From contig CAZOZN010000002.1 in the NCBI GenBank assembly GCA_964584335.1, forward strand, positions 66,974 to 130,973: DNA of 64,000 bases, given 5' to 3'. Position 1 is the first letter of the stretch. Every line of letters begins with the position of its first letter. The notes under the pieces were generated by a model. It did no database searches and was not told the origin of the DNA. It was given only the letters and a program-made list of their open reading frames with translations. Shown one piece after another: positions 48,620-56,500 of this stretch. The stretch is from an uncultured archaeon (GTDB lineage: Archaea; Aenigmatarchaeota; Aenigmatarchaeia; PWEA01; JAGHBM01). The position numbers and the translations under genes are program-made.

Positions 48620-51241
48620 ATGACCAATAAAAGCGGTATTTCTGTATCATTTTCCGAAATAGAAGAAAAATGGCAGAGAAAATGGGAAGAAGAGAGGGTA
48701 TTTGTATCAGAAAAGAAAAATAAAGAGAAATTTTATGTTTTAGAAATGTTTCCGTATCCTTCTGGTTCAGGGTTGCATATGGGACATGCTTTCAACTACA
48801 CTATAGGAGACATATATGCAAGATTTAAGAGAATGAAAGGATTTAACGTGATATACCCCATGGGTTATGATGCGTTGGGATTGCCAGCTGAAAATGCGGC
48901 TATAAAAGAAGGGGAACATCCGGGAAAATACACAGAAAAAGCAATAAAAAACTACATGAAACAGCAAAAATCCCTTGGTCTAAGCTATGATTGGTCAAGA
49001 ATAGTCAAAACATGTGAGCCAGAATATTACAAATGGAACCAATATTTTTTCTTAAAATTCCTTGAAGATGGGTTGGCATACAGAAAAAAATCACCCGTTA
49101 ACTGGTGTCCAAAATGCAAGACTGTGTTAGCCAATGAACAAGTGCATAACGGCAGGTGTTGGAGGCATGAAGACACTGAAGTTGAAATAAAACACCTCGA
49201 ACAATGGTTTATAAAGACTACAAAGTACGCGGAAGAGCTATTGGAAGATATAGATAAGCTCGATTGGCCGGAAAGAATAAAAAGCATGCAGAAACACTGG
49301 ATTGGAAAAAGTCACGGAACAGAGATATTATTTGAGATAAATGGAGAAAAATGGCCAATATTTACTACCAGGCCGGATACTATATTTGGAGTTACTTTTA
49401 TGGTTATATCTGCACAACATCCAAGGCTTATGGAGCTAGTGACAGAAGAACAAAAAGAAGAAGTTGATGAATTTCTAAAGAAAATAAAATCTACAAGCGA
49501 AAGGGACATGGAAGAACTTGAAAAAGAAGGAGCTTTTACGGGTTCATATGCTATAAATCCAGTGAACGGAGAAAAAATACCTGTTTATACTGGAAACTTT
49601 GTGTTAGCGGAATACGGTTCCGGTATGGTAATGGCTGTTCCTTCGCATGACCAGAGAGATTTTGAATTCGCAAAAAAATACGGAATACCGATAAAAATTG
49701 TCATAAAACCGGAAAAAAGTAAATTGGATCCAAACAAATTAGAAAGAGCATATACAGAAGAAGGTATACTTGTAAATTCGGGGCAATTTAACGGTATTAA
49801 AAATGACAAAGCTATAAAAGAAATAACAAAATTCCTTGAAAAAAATAAAATGGGCAAGAAAACTCTTCAGTATAAGTTGAGAGATTGGTTGATATCGAGA
49901 CAAAGATACTGGGGAACTCCAATTCCTGTTATTTACTGTAAAAATTGTGGAATATTACCGGTACCTGAAGAAGAAATTCCGGTAAAATTGCCCAAAAAAG
50001 TCAAATTCGGTGAAGGCAATCCACTAAAATCAAACAAGGAATTTTTAAAAACAAAATGTCATAAGTGTGGCGGGCCTGCAAAAAGAGAAACAGATACTAT
50101 GGACACTTTTTTTGACTCATCGTGGTACTTTTTGAGATACTGTGACAACAAAAACGAAGAAGAAGCTTTCAAAAAGGAAAAAGCAGATTACTGGATGCCC
50201 GTGGACAAATATATTGGTGGAGCCGAACATGCCTGTATGCATTTAATATACGCAAGATTCTTTACAAAAGCCTTGAGAGATTTGGGTTTATTGAATATAG
50301 ACGAGCCATTTAAGTCATTATTTAACCAAGGTATGCTACATGGTAAAGATGGCCATGTAATGTCCAAATCAAGGGGGAATGTAGTTCTGCCTGAGACCAT
50401 TTCAAAAAAATATGGGATAGATACGGCAAGAATGTTTCTCGTTTCAGTTGCATCACCCGATAAAGACATAGATTGGAGTGATAAAGGCATAGAAGGGAGT
50501 TTCAGGCTTATTAAAAGAGTTTTCAAGTATTTTGAAAATCTTAATTTTGGAGATAAAAACAAAAAAATAGAGAGTAAATTACAAAGAACTATAAAAAATG
50601 TAACAGAAAATATAGAAGATTTTAAGTACAATATGGCAATAATAGCACTAAGAGAATTTTTTAAGTACATAGAAGAGTATAATATAGATAAAAAATCAGC
50701 AGAAACATTTTTAAAATTATTACACCCATTTTGTCCACATATAACTGAAGAATTATGGGAAAAAATAGGGAACAAAGAACTAATAACATCACAAGAATGG
50801 CCGGTTTTTGATGAATCAAGGATAGACATAGATTCAGAACTTCAGGAAATCATAGTTAATAATGTTGTTGAAGATATTGAAGAAATAAAAAATATAACAG
50901 GAATAGAAAATCCAAAAATTATAAGAATATTTGTTGCAAGTGAATGGAAATATAAAGTTTACGAGGGATTTCTGGAAGGGAAAAGTATAGGAGATTTTAT
51001 GAAGAAAAAAAAATACAAAGATAATAGTAAAGAAGTTGTTAAATATATGCAGCAACTTATGAAAAGAAGGACTAAAGAAAACATACTAAGTCATAAAAAA
51101 GAGGTTGAAACATTAAAAAAAGAGAAAAACAACATTGAAAAAAGAGTAAACGCAAAAATAGAAATAATAAAATCTGAAGACAGTAAAGAAAAAAAGGCAA
51201 GTCAGGCTGAGCCGATGAAGCCGGGAATACTTATAGAATAA
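48620..51241 (+). CDS. leuS: Leucyl-tRNA synthetase (bacterial-type core)
   Basis: MFPYPSG, HMGH, DWLISRQRYWG, GGAEHA, MSKS. Confidence 0.96.
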   Translation: MTNKSGISVSFSEIEEKWQRKWEEERVFVSEKKNKEKFYVLEMFPYPSGSGLHMGHAFNYTIGDIYARFKRMKGFNVIYPMGYDALGLPAENAAIKEGEHPGKYTEKAIKNYMKQQKSLGLSYDWSRIVKTCEPEYYKWNQYFFLKFLEDGLAYRKKSPVNWCPKCKTVLANEQVHNGRCWRHEDTEVEIKHLEQWFIKTTKYAEELLEDIDKLDWPERIKSMQKHWIGKSHGTEILFEINGEKWPIFTTRPDTIFGVTFMVISAQHPRLMELVTEEQKEEVDEFLKKIKSTSERDMEELEKEGAFTGSYAINPVNGEKIPVYTGNFVLAEYGSGMVMAVPSHDQRDFEFAKKYGIPIKIVIKPEKSKLDPNKLERAYTEEGILVNSGQFNGIKNDKAIKEITKFLEKNKMGKKTLQYKLRDWLISRQRYWGTPIPVIYCKNCGILPVPEEEIPVKLPKKVKFGEGNPLKSNKEFLKTKCHKCGGPAKRETDTMDTFFDSSWYFLRYCDNKNEEEAFKKEKADYWMPVDKYIGGAEHACMHLIYARFFTKALRDLGLLNIDEPFKSLFNQGMLHGKDGHVMSKSRGNVVLPETISKKYGIDTARMFLVSVASPDKDIDWSDKGIEGSFRLIKRVFKYFENLNFGDKNKKIESKLQRTIKNVTENIEDFKYNMAIIALREFFKYIEEYNIDKKSAETFLKLLHPFCPHITEELWEKIGNKELITSQEWPVFDESRIDIDSELQEIIVNNVVEDIEEIKNITGIENPKIIRIFVASEWKYKVYEGFLEGKSIGDFMKKKKYKDNSKEVVKYMQQLMKRRTKENILSHKKEVETLKKEKNNIEKRVNAKIEIIKSEDSKEKKASQAEPMKPGILIE

Positions 51242-51266
51242 TTGACATCAAATGAGGTAGATAAAA

Positions 51267-51917
51267 ATGAAAAAAGGAGATTTTGTAAAAATAAGTTATA
51301 CTGGAAAAATAAAAGAAAATAAAGAGGTTTTCGATACAACTTCAGAAGAAGTTGCAAAGAAGAACAACATATTTAACCCCAAAGCAAACTACGGACCTGT
51401 GCTCGTAATATTAGGTCATAATAAAGTTGTTAAGGGATTGGATGAAGAAATACAAAAAATGAAAGTTGGTGATAAAAAAGAAATAGAAGTATCACCTGAC
51501 AAGGGATTCGGTAAGAGGGACCCCAAGCTAATGAAACTTATTCCTATATCAGAATTTAAAAAACAAAAGATAGATCCATACCCTGGATTAGTTCTAAAAA
51601 TGAATAATATGAGTTGCAGAGTAATATCTGTAAACTCGGGTAGAGTGAGAGTTGATTTTAATCATCCCCTTGCTGGAAAAAATATAGTATACGACTTGAA
51701 AGTAGAAAAAAAATTAAACAAAGAAGAAGAAAAAGTAAAATCTATATGTGAATACTACAACTATGAACCAGAAAAAATAATAAAGAACAAAAAAGAAATA
51801 GAAATTATAACAAAAAAAGATACAGACAATAAGACTAAAAAAATGATAACAAATGACATATTTGACCACATGGGTTTTGACAAAATAAAATTTTCTGACA
51901 TCTTTGAAAGAAAATAA
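51267..51917 (+). CDS. slyD: FKBP-type peptidyl-prolyl isomerase (long SlyD-like)
   Basis: YTGK...FDTT, VDFNHPLAGK. Confidence 0.92.
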   Translation: MKKGDFVKISYTGKIKENKEVFDTTSEEVAKKNNIFNPKANYGPVLVILGHNKVVKGLDEEIQKMKVGDKKEIEVSPDKGFGKRDPKLMKLIPISEFKKQKIDPYPGLVLKMNNMSCRVISVNSGRVRVDFNHPLAGKNIVYDLKVEKKLNKEEEKVKSICEYYNYEPEKIIKNKKEIEIITKKDTDNKTKKMITNDIFDHMGFDKIKFSDIFERK

Positions 51918-52027
51918 AACATTTTGCACGAAAGCTTTATATAATTAACATGTAATATAATTATTACTTGAGTGTTTAACAAAAACATTTGATATTAATT
52001 GATGTCAAATTATTTAGAGGGGATAAA

Positions 52028-53095
52028 ATGACTGCGAAGAAAAAAGATACAAAAGTTAATAGCGAATTGGAAAAACTTCTTGAAACAAGGAAAGCTGAGA
52101 TAAGAGTTATAGGAGCAGGCGGTTCTGGTTGTAATACTATATCAAGAATGGGTGAGATAGGTATTGCTGGAGCTGAGATAGTGGCAGTAAATACGGACGC
52201 TCAAGATTTGCTTTATACAAATTGTGATAATAAGATATTGATAGGAAAGGACACTACAAAGGGTCTTGGTGCGGGTGCAGATCCTAAACTTGGTGAAGAA
52301 GCCGCAAAAGAGAGTAAAAAAGACTTGCAAAAAGTCATAGGAAAATCAGATATGATATTTGTTACATGTGGATTGGGTGGCGGAACAGGAACTGGTGCAT
52401 TACCAGTAATTGCAGAAACCGCTAAGAAAGCAAATTCACTTACTGTGGGCGTAGTAACATTACCATTTTCTATGGAAGGTACCCAGAGAGGCTCTAATGC
52501 AAAACTGGGTTTAGAAAAATTAACCGAAATAGTAGATACTTTAATAGTCATACCAAATGACAAGCTCTTGGAAATAGTACCGGATGTATCTCTTTCTACT
52601 GCCTTTAAGGTAGCGGATGAGATTCTGGTCAATGCTGTAAAAGGAATTACAGAACTAGTAACAAAACCCGGACTGGTTAATCTGGATTTTGCTGACATAA
52701 GAGCTGTTATGTCTAACGGTGGTTTGGCCATGATAGGCCTTGCAGAAAGCGATACAGAAAGAAGGGCTGCAGAAGCAGTTGAAAAGGCATTAAACACTCC
52801 TTTGATAGACGTAGACATAGAAGGAGCAAGTGGTGCTTTAATAAATGTATCTGGCGGAGCTGACATGACAATAAAGGAAGCACAAGAGATAGTACAGAGA
52901 GTTAACGAAAGATTGGATCCAGAAGCAAAAGTAATATGGGGGGCTCAAATAGATCCATCTTTAGGAGACACAATAAAAACAATGATAATAGTAACGGGTG
53001 TTAAAAGTCCTCAAATCTATGGTCCAACAAAAACTTACACAGAAGAAAGAATGAAGGAAATAGAGAAGGTTTTAGGTATAGATTTTGTGGATTAA
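52028..53095 (+). CDS. ftsZ: Cell division protein FtsZ
   Basis: GAGGSG, NTD, GGGTGTG, NLDFAD. Confidence 0.97.
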   Translation: MTAKKKDTKVNSELEKLLETRKAEIRVIGAGGSGCNTISRMGEIGIAGAEIVAVNTDAQDLLYTNCDNKILIGKDTTKGLGAGADPKLGEEAAKESKKDLQKVIGKSDMIFVTCGLGGGTGTGALPVIAETAKKANSLTVGVVTLPFSMEGTQRGSNAKLGLEKLTEIVDTLIVIPNDKLLEIVPDVSLSTAFKVADEILVNAVKGITELVTKPGLVNLDFADIRAVMSNGGLAMIGLAESDTERRAAEAVEKALNTPLIDVDIEGASGALINVSGGADMTIKEAQEIVQRVNERLDPEAKVIWGAQIDPSLGDTIKTMIIVTGVKSPQIYGPTKTYTEERMKEIEKVLGIDFVD

Positions 53096-53096
53096 A

Positions 53097-53152
53097 GGAT
53101 AGTTAGGCTGTTCTTCCCAGTGTGTGGGGGTGCCCCTCGAGGGGCATTATCC
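53097..53152 (+). other. GC-rich structured element between ftsZ and secE
   Basis: GGATAG/TTATCC closing stem enclosing TTCCCA/TGGGGG and TGCCCC-TCGA-GGGGCA hairpins. Confidence 0.45.
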
Positions 53153-53206
53153 AAATAATAACCTTTATATATCTTTCTAAATCTTTATGTGTTGTACGGT
53201 GAAAAA

Positions 53207-53380
53207 ATGAAGATTAAAAAATTCATTAAGAACGCCATAAGGGTATTAAAAGTAACCAGGAAGCCAACAAAGGAGGAATATTTCGGCGCTTCTAAAATAA
53301 CAGGCCTAGGTATAATAATAATAGGCCTGATAGGTTTTGGTATATATCTAATTTTTAATCTACTTGGAATATTCGGATGA
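53207..53380 (+). CDS. secE: Protein translocase SecE/Sec61-gamma
   Basis: RVLKVTRKPTKEEY plus TM helix; conserved synteny. Confidence 0.93.
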   Translation: MKIKKFIKNAIRVLKVTRKPTKEEYFGASKITGLGIIIIGLIGFGIYLIFNLLGIFG

Positions 53381-53385
53381 TATTC

Positions 53386-53841
53386 ATGTTATACACTATA
53401 AGAACAACTATAGGAAGAGAGAATATGGTAATGGAGGAGATAGAAAACTCCGTTAAACTTAAAGGTTTTGAAATAAAAGCGATGATTCATCCTGAAAAAT
53501 TAAAAGGATACGTAATGATAGAAGGTAAAGAAAGCGATATAAGAGAAGTAATACACGATATGAGACATGTTAAAGGTTTGATAGGCAAAAAGGTTGAAAT
53601 AGATAAAATTAAACAATTTCTAGAAACAAAGGACAGGAAAATAGAGATACATAAAGGCGACTTGATAGAAATAACAGGCGGTCCTTTCAAAAGAGAAAGA
53701 GGCAAAGTCACGAGAGTCGGAAAAACTGAGGTTACAGTAGAACTACTAGAGGCAGCCGTATCAATACCAGTAACAGTTAAAAAAGATACAATAAAAATTA
53801 TAGAAAAGACTGAAGAAAGTAGTGGTGTAGAAAATGAGTGA
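53386..53841 (+). CDS. spt5: Transcription elongation factor Spt5/NusG
   Basis: TTIGRE, KGYVMIE, KOW motif GGPFKRERG. Confidence 0.93.
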   Translation: MLYTIRTTIGRENMVMEEIENSVKLKGFEIKAMIHPEKLKGYVMIEGKESDIREVIHDMRHVKGLIGKKVEIDKIKQFLETKDRKIEIHKGDLIEITGGPFKRERGKVTRVGKTEVTVELLEAAVSIPVTVKKDTIKIIEKTEESSGVENE

Positions 53842-54580
53842 AAAAATAGAAGCATTGGTTGACGGCGGGAAAGCAAGCGCAGGACCTCCTCTAGGACCAG
53901 CATTGGGACCTATGGGAGTTAACATAGGAGAAGTGATAAACCAAATAAACGAGAAAACAAAGGACTTCAAGGGAATGAAAGTTCCAGTTACAGTAATAAT
54001 TGAAGGTAAAGATTTTAAAATAAAAGTAGGAACCCCACCAACTTCTGCATTGATAAAAAAAGAATCAAAGACAGAAAAACTCTCACCACATCCCAAAAAG
54101 GAAAAGGTAGCAGACCTAAAGATTGAGCAAATAATTAAGATAGCAAAAGGTAAAAGAGACAGTATGAACACAAATAATATCAAATCATGTGTAAGACAGG
54201 TTATAGGTAGCTGTGTTTCATGCGGAATATTGGTAGAAGGTAAAGATGCTAAATTAGTATTGAAAGAGATAGAAGAAGGCAAATATCATGATGAAATAAT
54301 AAACGAAAAAACAGAACTTACAGAAAGTGAATTGAAGGAACTTGAAGAAGAGAAGAAAAAACTCGCGGAAGAGAGAAAAGAATATCTAGAGGAAATGAGA
54401 GTAAAAGCAAAAGAAATAAAAGGACAAATGAAAGGAAAAGAAAGAGGAGAAATCGCATCAAAGATGGAACTGGAAGAAATACCTCACGAAATAATAGATG
54501 AAATGCTTCCAAAAGAAGGAGACGAAGGAGAAAAGGAAGTTGATGTAAAAAAATCAGAGAAAAAGAAGGAAGAGAGCTAA
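53834..54580 (+). CDS. rpl11: 50S ribosomal protein uL11 with charged C-terminal extension
   Basis: GPPLGPALGPMG, GTPPTS. Confidence 0.95.
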   Translation: MSEKIEALVDGGKASAGPPLGPALGPMGVNIGEVINQINEKTKDFKGMKVPVTVIIEGKDFKIKVGTPPTSALIKKESKTEKLSPHPKKEKVADLKIEQIIKIAKGKRDSMNTNNIKSCVRQVIGSCVSCGILVEGKDAKLVLKEIEEGKYHDEIINEKTELTESELKELEEEKKKLAEERKEYLEEMRVKAKEIKGQMKGKERGEIASKMELEEIPHEIIDEMLPKEGDEGEKEVDVKKSEKKKEES

Positions 54581-54613
54581 ATTACATTTAAATACTTTTA
54601 AATATTAACATAT

Positions 54614-54648
54614 CTAAGCCGTTTTACTACTTCGGTAGGAGGTTATAG
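54614..54648 (+). promoter_or_regulatory. Putative uL1-binding autoregulatory leader overlapping the RBS
   Basis: AGCC-GUUUUA-CUAC(UUCG)GUAG-GA-GGUU: asymmetric internal loop like known L1 sites. Confidence 0.55.
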
Positions 54649-54650
54649 GA

Positions 54651-55280
54651 ATGGAAGAAAAAATACTAGAAGCACTTGAAGAATGTAAAAAAAAGAGCAA
54701 AAAAAGGAATTTTCCCCAGACATGGGATCTAATTATAAATTTAAAAGGCATAGATTTCTCAAAACCAGAAAATAGGTTCAGCGGTAATGTTATTTTGCCT
54801 AATGGAAAGGGCAAGAAAACTAAAGTTTGTGTAATAACCGATTCAAAAACAGCCGAAGCCAAGAAATTAGATATACAAACAATAACAAAAAATGAACTAA
54901 ACAAGATATCAAAATCAGAAGGGAAAAAAATAGCAGAGAAATTTGACTACTTTTTGGGAGAAGTTACCTTGATGCCTCAAATAGGTAAAATACTTGGACC
55001 TGTATTAGGGCCTAGAGGTAAAATGCCCAAACCGTTTCCTCCCACAGCAAATTTAGAGGAATTAATAAAATCAGGTGAAAAGACCTTCAGTCTCAACGTA
55101 AAGAACCCTGTAATACAAGGAGCTGTAGGTAATGAAGATATGGACAACGAGAAAGTTCTAGAAAATATAAAATCAATAAAATCCTTTGTAGAAAAAAACC
55201 TACCAAAAGGTTCTCAACAGATAGATAGCATAGTAGTGAAACTTACAATGGGTAAAGCAATAAAGGTGAGAGTACAATGA
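54651..55280 (+). CDS. rpl1: 50S ribosomal protein uL1
   Basis: KRNF.QT, LGPVLGPRGKMP, KLTMG. Confidence 0.96.
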   Translation: MEEKILEALEECKKKSKKRNFPQTWDLIINLKGIDFSKPENRFSGNVILPNGKGKKTKVCVITDSKTAEAKKLDIQTITKNELNKISKSEGKKIAEKFDYFLGEVTLMPQIGKILGPVLGPRGKMPKPFPPTANLEELIKSGEKTFSLNVKNPVIQGAVGNEDMDNEKVLENIKSIKSFVEKNLPKGSQQIDSIVVKLTMGKAIKVRVQ

Positions 55281-56113
55281 TAAAATCCTGGAAAAAAGAA
55301 AATGTTGAAAATCTCAAAGGCCTTATTGAAGAATATCCAGTAATAGGAATACTAAACATGTATAAAATGCCAGCACCGCAGCTACAAATAATGAGAAAAG
55401 AACTAAAAAAAGATGCAAAAATAAAAATGTCCAAAAAAAGCCTAATGAAATTAGCAATTGAAAATTCCAATAAAAAAAACATAAAGGAACTAGAAAAATA
55501 CCTAAAAGGACAACCCAGCTTTATATTTACAAAAATGAATCCATTCGAACTCTACAAATACTTAAAAAACAACAAAACTCCAGCACCAGCAAAAGCAGGT
55601 GATGTAGCACCAAAAGACATAATAGTAAAGAAAGGAAACACAGATTTGCCTGCAGGACCTGCTATAGGAAACCTTTCAGATGCAGGTATTGTATCAAAGG
55701 TTCAAGATGGCAAAATACATGTAATAAAAGATACCACCGTTGCAAAGGAAGGTGAAGAAATAAAACCACCCGTCGCAAATGTACTTAATATGCTGGGCAT
55801 AGAACCTATGGAAATAGGCCTAGATTTGATTGTAGCTTACGAAAATAATATATTGTTTGATAAAAGAGTTCTGGATATAGACGAAGAAGAATTCAAGGGA
55901 AAATTAACAAATTGTATATTTTCCGCTATAAATCTTTCAATTAATTCATCATACTTAACAGATATAACAGCTCCTATGGCTATACAAAAAGCATTTATTG
56001 AAGCAAAAACACTTGCCCTAGAAGCCGGGATATATACAAAAGATGTAATCGAGGAACTTTTGGCCAAAGCAAATAGAGAAGCAATGGCGTTAAAAGAAAA
56101 CAGCAAAAAATGA
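55277..56113 (+). CDS. rpl10: 50S ribosomal protein uL10 (P0), lacking the acidic tail
   Basis: MPAPQLQ, NPFEL, PAPAKAGDVAP, LGIEPMEIGL. Confidence 0.94.
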   Translation: MIKSWKKENVENLKGLIEEYPVIGILNMYKMPAPQLQIMRKELKKDAKIKMSKKSLMKLAIENSNKKNIKELEKYLKGQPSFIFTKMNPFELYKYLKNNKTPAPAKAGDVAPKDIIVKKGNTDLPAGPAIGNLSDAGIVSKVQDGKIHVIKDTTVAKEGEEIKPPVANVLNMLGIEPMEIGLDLIVAYENNILFDKRVLDIDEEEFKGKLTNCIFSAINLSINSSYLTDITAPMAIQKAFIEAKTLALEAGIYTKDVIEELLAKANREAMALKENSKK

Positions 56114-56131
56114 TTATAAGGAGGTGTAGAA

Positions 56132-56440
56132 ATGGAATACATATATGGAGCACTGTTGCTTCATTCTGCTGGAAAAGAAATAAACGAAGCGAATGTAAAA
56201 AAAGTCATCGACTCCACTGGAGAAAAATCAGATGACGCACAAGTAAAAGCTTTGGTTGCTGCATTGAAAGATGTAGATATAGAAGAAGCTATAAAAAACG
56301 CAGCAATACCCGCAGCAGCACCTGCATCTGCGCCACAAGAGGCAGCAGAATCGGGAGAAAAGGAAGAGGAAGAAGCAGCAGAATCAAAAGAAGAGAAGGA
56401 AGAAGAAGCAGCAGAAGGATTGGCCGGACTATTCGGTTAG
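56132..56440 (+). CDS. rpl12: Ribosomal stalk protein P1 (L12)
   Basis: [11 protein letters not shown]...GLAGLFG. Confidence 0.97.
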   Translation: MEYIYGALLLHSAGKEINEANVKKVIDSTGEKSDDAQVKALVAALKDVDIEEAIKNAAIPAAAPASAPQEAAESGEKEEEEAAESKEEKEEEAAEGLAGLFG

Positions 56441-56500
56441 GTTAATCCAAGCTGTCTTCTCTTATTTTATATATTTATTAGTTTATTCTAAATTTTGATT

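Noticed and set aside
56418-56448. Hairpin across the rpl12 stop codon
   Set aside because: Largely coding sequence with several G-U pairs; at most an ordinary 3'-end stabiliser.
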